Below, piece by piece: positions 37,314 to 46,734 of a DNA stretch of 64,000 bases. The notes below the pieces were generated by a model, which saw nothing but the letters and a program-made list of their open reading frames with translations, made no database searches and was not told the DNA's origin. Each line of letters opens with the position of its first letter. Positions within the stretch are counted from its first letter, which is position 1. Both the position numbers and the translations under genes were made by a program. The stretch is from IMG/VR virus record IMGVR_UViG_3300029220_000004. One strand, 5' to 3'. The stretch is from a virus.

Positions 37314-37520
37314 ATGCTGACAAGGAATAAAAAGCTGAAAGACTACGGTATTCCGGCAGAAGACATAGAAAAACTGAATACGATGCTGAAAGACTTCCCG
37401 GCAGAGTACGGATACCTGCTTTCCAGTGCTGCCTTGTCAGCCTACGGATACAGGCGCAAGACCGTCGCTGTACTGTATGAGAGAATGCGGTTGTTGGGAG
37501 TGTGGAAAGGAGATGAGTGA
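37314..37520 (+). CDS. hypothetical protein
   Basis: RBS AAAGGAG. Confidence 0.5.
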   Translation: MLTRNKKLKDYGIPAEDIEKLNTMLKDFPAEYGYLLSSAALSAYGYRRKTVAVLYERMRLLGVWKGDE

Positions 37521-37836
37521 AATCAAGTCTATTTATCCGAAGGAATATCTTTTAAAAAATGGATTGCTTCGATACTATACTGCTCCTGGAAGATACGGAT
37601 TTGCAATTTACGAAGTGGGCTATCAATTGCCCCTACTGTCGCCGTTGGAATATTGTACGGAAAATAGTGCGAAACTTGATTGTATAAGATTTAATGCTCT
37701 TGGGCCGGAAGAAATCTGGAAAGAATATTGGAGACGTTATGTAATTTCTAAACGACCATTAGGTGCGAAAATAGAGACGTTTGCTGAATGGAAAAGCAAA
37801 AACGCAAACATGTATGAACGGGAGGATAGAAGATGA
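37513..37836 (+). CDS. hypothetical protein
   Basis: 107 aa, overlaps the upstream stop. Confidence 0.5.
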   Translation: MSEIKSIYPKEYLLKNGLLRYYTAPGRYGFAIYEVGYQLPLLSPLEYCTENSAKLDCIRFNALGPEEIWKEYWRRYVISKRPLGAKIETFAEWKSKNANMYEREDRR

Positions 37837-38063
37837 AGTTAATTGATTTAATAGCAGCAAGTGACGACGATCCTGAAAGCGATATAAAAATTCAGATATG
37901 TCACCCTGGAAGAAGCTGGGAGGATTACGATACATTCAATGCCGGTTCAAAGCTGCTGAAACCATTTTACGATTTAGAAATAAGCTGCCTTTCGGCAATA
38001 GAAACAGATGTGATCAGAGTTGATTTGAATTTTGACAAGAAAGAAGGCAAAACAGATGAGTAG
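37833..38063 (+). CDS. hypothetical protein
   Basis: ATGA overlap. Confidence 0.5.
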   Translation: MKLIDLIAASDDDPESDIKIQICHPGRSWEDYDTFNAGSKLLKPFYDLEISCLSAIETDVIRVDLNFDKKEGKTDE

Positions 38064-38319
38064 ACTGATTGATGCAGACAAACTGAAGCATGTAGTGCAT
38101 TGTGCATATTCTGATGATTTAGAGATTCTTAAAAAGATTGACGAACAACCGACTGCTTTTGATGTGGATAAGGTTATTGAGCAATTAGAAGAATTAAAAA
38201 TGAGATACTTCCTAACAATTGCAAATACAGGCGATGTAGATAAAGATTGTGCTTACAAAAATATTGCAAATACAATTGATAAAGCTGTTGAAATTGTAAA
38301 AGGTGGCGGAGTTGAATGA
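38056..38319 (+). CDS. hypothetical protein
   Basis: 87 aa starting MSRLIDADKLKH. Confidence 0.5.
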   Translation: MSRLIDADKLKHVVHCAYSDDLEILKKIDEQPTAFDVDKVIEQLEELKMRYFLTIANTGDVDKDCAYKNIANTIDKAVEIVKGGGVE

Positions 38320-39056
38320 GAGGAACACTGATGCAAAGAGAATTTATTTGCGGTGACTGCATGAATTTTCTCCCGGACTTTCCAGATAATTACTTCGATG
38401 TGGCAGTTGTAGACCCACCATACGGAATCAAAGAACATGGCGGTAAGAATCGCAGTAAATATGTAAAGCAGAAAAATGGAAGTTCCATTTATGTTCCTGA
38501 TGGCGGCTATAAGAATTATGGTTGGGATAATAAACCGCCAGATCGAGAGTATTTTAAACAGCTATTCAGAGTATCAAAAAATCAGATTATCTGGGGATGT
38601 AATTACTTTGATTACCCAATGGCAGGTGGCTTGATAATCTGGGATAAATGCAATGATGGTTCAGATCAATCAGACGCAGAAGTCGCTTACTGCAGTCTTA
38701 CAAGAAGGGTTGACATTTTTCGCTATATGTGGAGAGGAATGTTTCAAGGAAAATCAATAATTGAAGGAACAATACAACAAGGAAACAAAAAACTGAATGA
38801 AAAGCGAATCCACCCAACCCAAAAGCCTGTAAATCTATACAGGTGGATTTGCCAGAAATATCTGCAGAAAGGAATGATGGTGCTTGATACGCATGTGGGG
38901 AGTGCAAGCTCATTGATTGCCTATGAAGAATACGGTCTGGAATATGTCGGCTATGAAATCAATAAAGATTATTACGATTCAGCCCAAAAACGGTTGAACG
39001 AGTTCAGATCACAATTAACATTATTTGATTTAGAAATGGAGGAATCAGATGAGTAA
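38316..39056 (+). CDS. DNA methyltransferase (beta-class N6A/N4C, DPPY)
   Basis: VVDPPYGI (motif IV) precedes HPTQKP and DTHVGSASS (motif I). This is the beta-class order. Orphan, with no nuclease partner. Confidence 0.8.
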   Translation: MRGTLMQREFICGDCMNFLPDFPDNYFDVAVVDPPYGIKEHGGKNRSKYVKQKNGSSIYVPDGGYKNYGWDNKPPDREYFKQLFRVSKNQIIWGCNYFDYPMAGGLIIWDKCNDGSDQSDAEVAYCSLTRRVDIFRYMWRGMFQGKSIIEGTIQQGNKKLNEKRIHPTQKPVNLYRWICQKYLQKGMMVLDTHVGSASSLIAYEEYGLEYVGYEINKDYYDSAQKRLNEFRSQLTLFDLEMEESDE

Positions 39057-39231
39057 ATCAGTATTAGTGATAAATACACCAAAATATTGTGCTTTATGCG
39101 TTTTACGCAGCGGAGTGCTTCACCCGTTCTGTAGAGTAAACAATAGAGATATTACAGATTTGAGTATTAGACCTGATTGGTGTCCGCTTATGGACTTGCC
39201 AGAGAAAGATAAAGAGGAAGAAAATGAGTAA
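39049..39231 (+). CDS. small Cys-rich protein, paralog A
   Basis: MSKSVLVINTPKYCALC...DWCPL. Confidence 0.55.
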   Translation: MSKSVLVINTPKYCALCVLRSGVLHPFCRVNNRDITDLSIRPDWCPLMDLPEKDKEEENE

Positions 39232-39478
39232 ATCAGTATTAGTGATTGATACACCAGAAAACTGTGGAAAATGTAAATTTATAAGTACTTTCTGGTGCAG
39301 AGCAATACATTGTAGGAGAGTTCCAAACAATGATGTAATCCCCGGTTGGTGCCCATTGAAACCATTGCCGGAGCGGAAAGAATATATTGCTCCCATTGAC
39401 AATGTAGAATCACAAAAAGATATTATTGCTGTTGGCTGGAACGCTTGTATTGATGCAATTACGAAAGAGGTGAAGTAA
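39224..39478 (+). CDS. small Cys-rich protein, paralog B
   Basis: MSKSVLVIDTPENCGKC...GWCPL. The first 23 nt are identical to paralog A. Confidence 0.55.
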   Translation: MSKSVLVIDTPENCGKCKFISTFWCRAIHCRRVPNNDVIPGWCPLKPLPERKEYIAPIDNVESQKDIIAVGWNACIDAITKEVK

Positions 39479-39480
39479 TC

Positions 39481-39657
39481 ATGTGGTTTTTGTGTCAAGA
39501 GCCGTGCAAAACATTAGATCAGGCACGGAAAAGAGCAATGGAGATTGGACGAGAGAATTTTGATTCGATTCATAAAGAGCGTTGCGGTTTATTTTTCAAA
39601 AGAACAGTATACGTGGTCCTATGGTGGAGATGGATTGAAAAAGGAGAGGAGAAGTAG
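39481..39657 (+). CDS. hypothetical protein (58 aa)
   Basis: Preceded by the AGAGGTGAAGTA junction motif. Confidence 0.45.
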   Translation: MWFLCQEPCKTLDQARKRAMEIGRENFDSIHKERCGLFFKRTVYVVLWWRWIEKGEEK

Positions 39658-40038
39658 ATGATTGATCTAGCGAATAAATGCGTATTAGTCATAACACATG
39701 AAGAGTATGAAAATATTCTGAAAGCAGCAAAGAAACAAGGATATAGATGGTACGGTGGAAAAGAAGCGTATCCATATCCCTTTGAAGAACAGCAGATCCC
39801 GGATATATTAAAGTTCTATAGCAATAAAGAGCTAACAAGAAATGCCAGCCTTACACTGGGATATGAATTAGTAGAAGCATCAGACGTAATTGAAGATGAG
39901 AAGAAGATCAAAGATGCTATAAACCTTGTCAGAGCATTTGCTAAAAACCCAGACAGAACAGCATTGACAGACTCATTTATTGAGTCCTTGAAGTTACTTG
40001 CAGATAATGTAGAAAGTCAGATGGAAGAGGTGAAGTAG
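39658..40038 (+). CDS. hypothetical protein
   Basis: 126 aa. The N-terminus MIDLANK... resembles 54228-54695. Confidence 0.5.
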   Translation: MIDLANKCVLVITHEEYENILKAAKKQGYRWYGGKEAYPYPFEEQQIPDILKFYSNKELTRNASLTLGYELVEASDVIEDEKKIKDAINLVRAFAKNPDRTALTDSFIESLKLLADNVESQMEEVK

Positions 40039-40260
40039 ATGATAAAAATTAGCAAAATTGCCTTTGAAGCATTAAGCGATACGGACGGAAATGTTTCAAG
40101 AAAACCAGTGGAATGGTGGAGAAGAAATAAGCTGGCATGTATTTGGTGTATATTGTGTATGCTGGCAGAGATTCCAATAGTAATATTAAGATTTGTACTT
40201 ATGGCAATTTGTTTTATTCCACATAAAATTTATGAGCATTTAGAAGATATATCTTTTTAA
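40039..40260 (+). CDS. small membrane protein
   Basis: 73 aa with two hydrophobic helices. Confidence 0.5.
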   Translation: MIKISKIAFEALSDTDGNVSRKPVEWWRRNKLACIWCILCMLAEIPIVILRFVLMAICFIPHKIYEHLEDISF

Positions 40261-40272
40261 GAGGTGAAGTAG

Positions 40273-40722
40273 ATGGAGAGATTAACAAAATGGGAAGATG
40301 GTAGTATCACATATAACGAAAAACGAGAGCTTGAGTGTGGTGAATATTGCGATAGCTGCTCACAGGGCGCAGGAAATTGCAAAACAGTAGAAAATATGAT
40401 TAAAAAGCTTGCCACTTATGAAGACTTAGAAGAACATGGCTTGCTTGTGAGATTGCCGGTTAAAATCGGTGATGATATTTATAAGATTCCGAGCAAAGCG
40501 AATTACGATTTAAATGTTCTGAATGGATATAAAGCAAATAACAGAGTGTATCATCAAAAAGTTTACAGCATTGTATTTTCACAAAGTGGTTGGTTCGTAC
40601 AGTGCGATAAAGACAGTATTCATGCCCCGAACGTTATTTGCATTGACGTAGAATACGGGAAAACATGGTTCCTCACCCGCGAAGAAGCTGAGAAGAAGTT
40701 GGAGGAGATGAATCATGAATAA
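40273..40722 (+). CDS. hypothetical protein
   Basis: 149 aa with an N-terminal Cys cluster. Confidence 0.5.
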   Translation: MERLTKWEDGSITYNEKRELECGEYCDSCSQGAGNCKTVENMIKKLATYEDLEEHGLLVRLPVKIGDDIYKIPSKANYDLNVLNGYKANNRVYHQKVYSIVFSQSGWFVQCDKDSIHAPNVICIDVEYGKTWFLTREEAEKKLEEMNHE

Positions 40723-40936
40723 CATCTATTTGGTACAACGTACAAATGGAAACGTAATCGTTAGTATTATGAGAAATAAGTCCGATAATACTTACTCATT
40801 TGTAAATCTGACAAAGGGTCATATTTGTCCATGCAGATTTGATTCGATTGAAGATGCGGTGAAAGATATGGATGAGAAAATATTGAATGGTGAAATTGTT
40901 GAGTATTTTATGTGGGAGGAGATGGAGAATGGCTGA
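40715..40936 (+). CDS. hypothetical protein
   Basis: 73 aa, RBS GGAGGAG. Confidence 0.5.
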   Translation: MNNIYLVQRTNGNVIVSIMRNKSDNTYSFVNLTKGHICPCRFDSIEDAVKDMDEKILNGEIVEYFMWEEMENG

Positions 40937-41096
40937 ATATGTTAAAAAGTCAGATGTAATAAAAATCATGGAAAATAATTCTCACATGATAGAGGTATTT
41001 GGAGTTAAGAAGAAAATGATTGACGGATTCGCAATGTGTTGTGATTTCGCAGATCTGGAAACTGTCGATATTGATGAGGACGATAAGGATGATTAA
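40929..41096 (+). CDS. hypothetical protein
   Basis: 55 aa starting MAEYVKKSD. Confidence 0.45.
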   Translation: MAEYVKKSDVIKIMENNSHMIEVFGVKKKMIDGFAMCCDFADLETVDIDEDDKDD

Positions 41097-41097
41097 T

Positions 41098-41373
41098 ATG
41101 AAACCAGAAGAAGCGTTAAAAGAATTAAGTTATGATGACACAGCTTATGGCGGTAAATGTACGCATGAAGTTAGACAAGAAGCTATTAAAGCGTTGCAAA
41201 AACAGATTCCAATGAAACCAAATAACATAAAAACCATTTTCGATTTTTCTGGCAGATATTATATGACAAAAGGTGACTGCCCGGTTTGTAATATAGAAGA
41301 ACTTTATAAATCGGATTTTTATTGTAATAAGTGCGGACAGAAATTAGATTGGGGTGAAGAAGATGACATATAA
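41098..41373 (+). CDS. hypothetical zinc-ribbon protein
   Basis: CPVC...CNKCG. Confidence 0.5.
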   Translation: MKPEEALKELSYDDTAYGGKCTHEVRQEAIKALQKQIPMKPNNIKTIFDFSGRYYMTKGDCPVCNIEELYKSDFYCNKCGQKLDWGEEDDI

Positions 41374-41619
41374 CATTGACGAAAGCGTTATTGCTAGAAG
41401 TGTTGACCATTACGGATAAGAAATTCAGGCAACCGTCTGCATGGAGGAATGTGCGGAACTTATACAAGCAATCAGTAAGGAAAAACGTGGAAAATCGACC
41501 GTGATAACATGATAAAAGAAATTGCAGATGTGTTGATCTGCATCGAAATGCTAAAGCAAATGTATATGATTTCCGAAGATAAAATTAATAAGTGGATTGA
41601 GAAGAAACAAGCGAAATAA
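41363..41619 (+). pseudogene. MazG-like NTP pyrophosphohydrolase with an in-frame TAA and a 1-nt frameshift
   Basis: ...DHYG, then TAA (41417-41419), then EIQATVCMEECAELIQAISKEKRGK. After an A4 run the frame shifts and continues DRDNMIKEIADVLICIEMLKQ... One extra A restores it. Confidence 0.6.
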
Positions 41620-41638
41620 GCAGAAAGGATGGAAAAGA

Positions 41639-42760
41639 ATGAATAAGAAAGAAATCGCAGAAATTAAGAAACAGTTTACTCCAGTCAATTGCACAATCAC
41701 ACGCATTTGTGGTTGTTATGTGGACGCAGAAAAGAACAAGAAAACCAAAATTAAGGAAGCATTCCTGTCTCTTCCAGAGGAATAAATGTTTAAGTATTTT
41801 GACATTTTCAAGAAAACCATGTCTGGCAGACTTGGAAAAAACCTTATGAACCTTGATTTTCCATTATCACAGGAAAAAGAGGGTGGAACACAGGAATTTC
41901 TTATGCGGATTAGAGCAAGTAAGCTTAAAAATGACGAACTTTTGGACGAGTTATACGACAAAGTGATTGAAAATTACGATTATCACGAAAATTACTACAT
42001 AGTTCTCATTCATGCAGTATATGACATTCCAGGAAAAGCTTCTGATGGAACTGAAATGCACGATGCATCAGAAGAAATTTATGAACACATTCTGTGCAGC
42101 ATTTGTCCAGTAAATCTTTCAAAGGCTGGGCTTATCTATGATGTGGCTGAAAATAACATCAAAGACAGAATTCGTGATTGGGTAGTCTCAAGACCAGAAA
42201 CAGGATTCTTATTCCCTGTATTCAATGACAGAAGCACTGATATTCATGGAACCTTGTATTTCAACAAAAACATAAAGAATATTCATCCCGACTTCATTGA
42301 AAACGTTCTTGGCACACCAATTCCCCGTATACCCGGCAACGAGATCAATGTCTTTTCAGATTTTATTATGGACAATTTCGAAGGAAATACAACATTCAAT
42401 TTCGCGGAAAGTTTGGTTGAATCTTTGCAGGAAGTAAGAGAACAGAAGAAATACAGCCCGGAGATGGTAACCGTGTCATGTGATGAAATGGAACAGATTT
42501 TTGGATATTGCGGAGCTCCAGACGAGAAGTTGTCGGATTTCAAAGAAAACTGGGAAATGTATTTCAGCAATGAACCCGTTGCTCTTGACAATATTCATAA
42601 TTCAAAAACTGCAAAAATTGTAACACCAGATGCAACAATCTGCATCCAGCCAGATAAAATTGCTCTGATTGAACTGAAAGAAATAAACGGTGTTCCATCT
42701 CTTGTAATTCCGGTAAATGGAGAACTGAAAATCAATGGAATGGAAGTTGAATTAAAATAA
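41639..42760 (+). pseudogene. DUF4317-like protein split by a single in-frame TAA
   Basis: MNKKEIAEIKKQFTP...AFLSLPEE, then TAA (41783-41785), then MFKYFDIFKKTMSGRLGKNL... in the same frame. The family as I remember it is one ORF. Confidence 0.6.
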
Positions 42761-42766
42761 ACACTT

Positions 42767-43732
42767 TTGAAAAACCAGGAATTGGAGAAAGGAATTTTAG
42801 AATTGGCACAGAAACGAATGTTTACGATGAAAATTGTTGACAGTGACGCATTTTTGGATATGCCGGCAACAACGCAATGCTTATATTTCCATTTGAATAT
42901 GAGGGCTGACGATGATGGATTTATTGGAAACCCAAAAAGGATAATGAAAATCACAGGAGCAAGCGAAGATGATCTGCGATTATTGATTGCAAAAAGGTTT
43001 GTTCTTACATTTGAAGACGGTGTAATAGTAATCAAACACTGGCGAATGCATAACACATTGTCAAGAGATAGATACACGGAAACTTCATATATTGACGAAA
43101 AGAGGATGTTGCTTTTAAAAGAGAATGGAAGCTATTCATTAGCAAGCGGAAATGTTATTGACGATACCAAATTAATAGAGCGTTCAAACCGTCAGACGCA
43201 CAATAGACGCAACAAAGACGCAACAAAGACGCACTCAGGTAAAGGTTTAGGTATAGATATAGGTAAAGATATAGATAAAGATATAGATATAGATAAAGAG
43301 AAAGATAATAAATTAATAGTATCTAAAGATACTATTTGTCAGACTGATGTCCGACGCGTCATCGAAGAATGGAAAAAATTACAGGAAGTTGGTATCAATC
43401 CAATACGCGATATTAAACCATCATCAAAAAGATATCAGTTACTCAAAGGGCGAATCCGTGAATACGGAATTGATGAAGTCCTTAATGCAATCAACAACGT
43501 TCGCAACAGTGATTTTCTGCGAGGAGAGAATAACCGCGGATGGATGATAACATTTGACTGGTTCGTAAAGCCGAATAATTTTACAAAAGTTTTGGAAGGA
43601 AACTACAATGTTATAAAAGGAGGCGACATCAAGCATGGAACCGGTAGAACAGCTCAAGCGCATGTCAAACCGCTTATCCCATTCGATCAATGCGGAGGAA
43701 GCGAAATCTCAGACACACCATTTGCAGACTGA
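42767..43732 (+). CDS. phage replication initiator / replisome organiser-like protein
   Basis: KRMFTMKIVDSDAFLDMPATTQCLYFHLNMRADDDGFIGNPK... is a typical Firmicutes phage replication protein N-domain. Carries internal DNA repeats. Confidence 0.65.
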   Translation: MKNQELEKGILELAQKRMFTMKIVDSDAFLDMPATTQCLYFHLNMRADDDGFIGNPKRIMKITGASEDDLRLLIAKRFVLTFEDGVIVIKHWRMHNTLSRDRYTETSYIDEKRMLLLKENGSYSLASGNVIDDTKLIERSNRQTHNRRNKDATKTHSGKGLGIDIGKDIDKDIDIDKEKDNKLIVSKDTICQTDVRRVIEEWKKLQEVGINPIRDIKPSSKRYQLLKGRIREYGIDEVLNAINNVRNSDFLRGENNRGWMITFDWFVKPNNFTKVLEGNYNVIKGGDIKHGTGRTAQAHVKPLIPFDQCGGSEISDTPFAD

Positions 43733-44492
43733 TTGTCCTGATTGTGGCGGTTCTGGTTGGATATGGTCAAGGGATGATAATGGCGTTCCATATTGTGAAG
43801 AATGCCATTGCGGAATCAGAAAGAAGATGATCATGCAGAACCAGCTACAATTTGCTGAAATGCCGGATATGTACAAGGAATGCAGATTTTCAAATATGAA
43901 AAGCAGCGTGTATCAACTTCCAGAAAGTAAGGAAATATTCATACAGGCGGCAAAAGCTGTTAAATATTGGCTCGAAAATATCCAACAGATGCAGAAACAG
44001 GGAATTGGGCTGTACATATATTCAAATACTAAAGGCTCTGGAAAGACAAGGCTTGTATGTAGCATGGCAAATGAGATGATAGAAAAGCATCAGAAATCGG
44101 TAAAATTCACAACATCCCTAAAAATTCTTGATGAGATAAAGTCAACATGGGGAGAACGAGGAAAAAACGCAGAGAATAAGCTGATTAGTGATTTGACTTA
44201 CGCGGATATCTTGATTATTGACGATTTTGGTGCGGAATCTGGGAAAGATTGGATTAATGAAAAATTCTACGGAATCATCAATGGTCGGTATGTGGACAAG
44301 AAAACCACAATTTTCACCAGTAATTATCCTATTTCCCGATTGAAATATGATGACCGCATTACGAACAGAATTTTAGAGCGATCATTGGAAATCCCTTTTC
44401 CTGAAGAATCAGTCAGGGAACACATAGCGGATGCAATGAAACAGGAACTTATCAAAAAGATTCAAGGCGGTGAAAATGGAAAACAAGCGTAA
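43635..44492 (+). CDS. DnaC/IstB-like AAA+ helicase loader with N-terminal zinc ribbon
   Basis: CPDCGGSG...CEEC, Walker A SNTKGSGKT, Walker B LIIDDFG, then TIFTSN. Confidence 0.75.
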   Translation: MEPVEQLKRMSNRLSHSINAEEAKSQTHHLQTDCPDCGGSGWIWSRDDNGVPYCEECHCGIRKKMIMQNQLQFAEMPDMYKECRFSNMKSSVYQLPESKEIFIQAAKAVKYWLENIQQMQKQGIGLYIYSNTKGSGKTRLVCSMANEMIEKHQKSVKFTTSLKILDEIKSTWGERGKNAENKLISDLTYADILIIDDFGAESGKDWINEKFYGIINGRYVDKKTTIFTSNYPISRLKYDDRITNRILERSLEIPFPEESVREHIADAMKQELIKKIQGGENGKQA

Positions 44493-44730
44493 ACCGTGGA
44501 TAAAATTGACGCCACAAGAAATTCAGAATTTGACTAATCGTCAATGTACAGACTGCAAGTTCTATCCGAAATCAAACGGCACATCAGGGAAAATTCAACC
44601 GTGCGATTATATTTTTATGGTCGGCCATAGTCGAGGATGTGACCCAAGAGATTGCGTAAAAGAAGGCAAATTTGAATATGCAGCAACAAAGAAAAGGAGA
44701 AAAGCATGGAGGGCAAAGACGAAAAGTTAG
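44476..44730 (+). CDS. hypothetical protein
   Basis: 84 aa, Cys-containing, basic tail. Confidence 0.45.
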   Translation: MENKRKPWIKLTPQEIQNLTNRQCTDCKFYPKSNGTSGKIQPCDYIFMVGHSRGCDPRDCVKEGKFEYAATKKRRKAWRAKTKS

Positions 44731-44885
44731 ATATCACGCCAGAACTGGTGCTTATATGTAGGAAAGTAATACGACAATACGCAAAGCAAATTGGTAGGCA
44801 TGATTGCCACAAATGCGTCATATATGCAGAATGCGAGCATGACTTTGTCAGATGCCCGGAATTATGGAAGGACATCAGCCTATGA
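44706..44885 (+). CDS. hypothetical protein (59 aa)
   Basis: RBS AAAGGAG. Confidence 0.45.
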   Translation: MEGKDEKLDITPELVLICRKVIRQYAKQIGRHDCHKCVIYAECEHDFVRCPELWKDISL

Positions 44886-45100
44886 GAAGAATCAGCGAAA
44901 TGTACAAGCGTTCGGGCGGTACGAACTATGAACATCAATGCTTTGAATGTAGGATGTTTAAAAACGTTAAAAGATGCAAATGCTTAAATTACGAACTGGA
45001 TGCTGACTGGAATCCGAATTGGACAGCCTGCAAATTTTTTACAAAAGATGAAATAGAAGAAATACAAGGACAGATGAATATTTTTGATTTTGTGAAATGA
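44882..45100 (+). CDS. hypothetical Cys-rich protein
   Basis: 72 aa starting MRRISEMYKR. Confidence 0.45.
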   Translation: MRRISEMYKRSGGTNYEHQCFECRMFKNVKRCKCLNYELDADWNPNWTACKFFTKDEIEEIQGQMNIFDFVK

Positions 45101-45240
45101 GAGGTGAGCATATGGCAATTGTTACGATTGATGGAAAAGAAATTGATATCGAACAAATTGAACTGCCAGAAGAAATTATTAAAATCATAATTGAATGCTT
45201 AGGTTGACCGCAAAAATATTGTAGTGTAAAATGTGTCGTA

Positions 45241-45258
45241 ACATGATATGTGCGGCAC
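45241..45258. repeat. left inverted repeat flanking the serine recombinase gene
   Basis: ACATGATATGTGCGGCAC. Its reverse complement matches 46694-46711 at 17 of 18 positions. Contains the dyad ATGTGC-G-GCACAT. Confidence 0.7.
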
Positions 45259-45283
45259 ATTTCTACACAAAGGAGGAATAGTC

Positions 45284-46648
45284 ATGGAATGTGTTGCGTA
45301 TTTGCGTGTATCAACAGAAAAACAGGTCGAAGAGGGAAATGGATTAGACAGTCAGAAAAGAGATATTGAAAATTATTGCAGAAAAAATCAATTGATTATA
45401 TCTGATTGGTACGAGGATGACGGCTTCACAGGTTCGAATATGAATCGTCCAGAATTGCAACGCTTAATTAATGATTGCTCAAAGAAAAAATTAAAATGTG
45501 TTGTAGCGTTTAAACTAGATCGATTATCAAGAAGCATGGTCGATGGAATATACTTAATTGAACGTGTATTCATACCTAATGGGGTGGATTTTAGATGCGT
45601 GCATGATAGTGTAAGCTACGACAGCCCAATGGAGCAAGCATACACTCAGATGATGGCAGTGTTTGCGCAACTTGACAAAAATACTATGTTGCTTAGAATG
45701 CGTGGCGGTATGCTGGAGCGAGTGAAACAAGGATATTGGATGGGAGGTGGCAACACCCCTTATTGCTATAGATATAGCAAAGAAGACGGAATCTTAGTTC
45801 CCATACCAGAACGCAAAGAAATGGCTTTGCGAGCTATGAATTTGTATATATCCGGTTATTCTGATGTTCGAATACAGAAATTGATAGGATTTAAAAGCGA
45901 GTTTGTTACACGACAGGTTCTTACCAGTCCTGTAAATATTGGCATGATTCCGTATAAAGGGAAACTATATAAGGGAAGACATGAACCAATTTTCGATATT
46001 AAAGTATTCGAATTAGCCCAGGAATTAAGAAAAACTCGTAAGCAAAGTAAAAGCTTCTGTGTTAATCACGAGAATCAGCTCTTGACGGGGCTGTGCTATT
46101 GCGGAGTGTGCGGATGCAAGATGAGATATCAGAAGTGGACTCATGGGAAACATAAAATTTATTGCTATTCAAGGGATAACGGCATGTCGTACTTACCAAA
46201 TTATAATCCGAATTGCAACAATTCGCTTGAGTGGGCAGAAGATATTGAAAAGCAGGTTGAAGATGAGATTTTAAAGATTTCCCTCAATTTATCATCGCAT
46301 AAGCCAAAAGAAAGAGAAAGCTGTCTGGACATTTTGAGTAAACAACTCCAAAAAGAGAAAACGAAGCTAAAACGTCTGTATACTCTTTATGCTGAGGGAA
46401 ATGATACGGTTCTGGAGATGATAAAAGAAACGGAATCCGGCATAGATGAACTAAAAATAAAAATACAGAACGAGATGAAGAACCCGGATAACTCACAGAA
46501 GAAAGAATTTGTATACGATAATATAAAAAAGCTTGCCGATGTGTGGGAACACATTGACAAGCAAAACAAAAACCGTATATTAAAAACTATAATATCAAAA
46601 ATAATTATAGTCAATGGAAATATTGAAATACAGTTGAAGAAATTTTAG
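45284..46648 (+). CDS. large serine recombinase (integrase-type)
   Basis: AYLRVSTEKQ catalytic-Ser motif, a resolvase domain, a recombinase domain, a zinc-ribbon (CGVCGCKMRY...C) and a coiled-coil C-terminus. Confidence 0.85.
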   Translation: MECVAYLRVSTEKQVEEGNGLDSQKRDIENYCRKNQLIISDWYEDDGFTGSNMNRPELQRLINDCSKKKLKCVVAFKLDRLSRSMVDGIYLIERVFIPNGVDFRCVHDSVSYDSPMEQAYTQMMAVFAQLDKNTMLLRMRGGMLERVKQGYWMGGGNTPYCYRYSKEDGILVPIPERKEMALRAMNLYISGYSDVRIQKLIGFKSEFVTRQVLTSPVNIGMIPYKGKLYKGRHEPIFDIKVFELAQELRKTRKQSKSFCVNHENQLLTGLCYCGVCGCKMRYQKWTHGKHKIYCYSRDNGMSYLPNYNPNCNNSLEWAEDIEKQVEDEILKISLNLSSHKPKERESCLDILSKQLQKEKTKLKRLYTLYAEGNDTVLEMIKETESGIDELKIKIQNEMKNPDNSQKKEFVYDNIKKLADVWEHIDKQNKNRILKTIISKIIIVNGNIEIQLKKF

Positions 46649-46693
46649 CACAAACTATATGCCATAGGAACTGCATTATGTAAGTGCTAATAA

Positions 46694-46711
46694 GTGCCGC
46701 ACGTATCATGT
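46694..46711. repeat. right inverted repeat flanking the serine recombinase gene
   Basis: GTGCCGCACGTATCATGT. Confidence 0.7.
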
Positions 46712-46734
46712 CAATAAATAACAGGAGGGTAACG

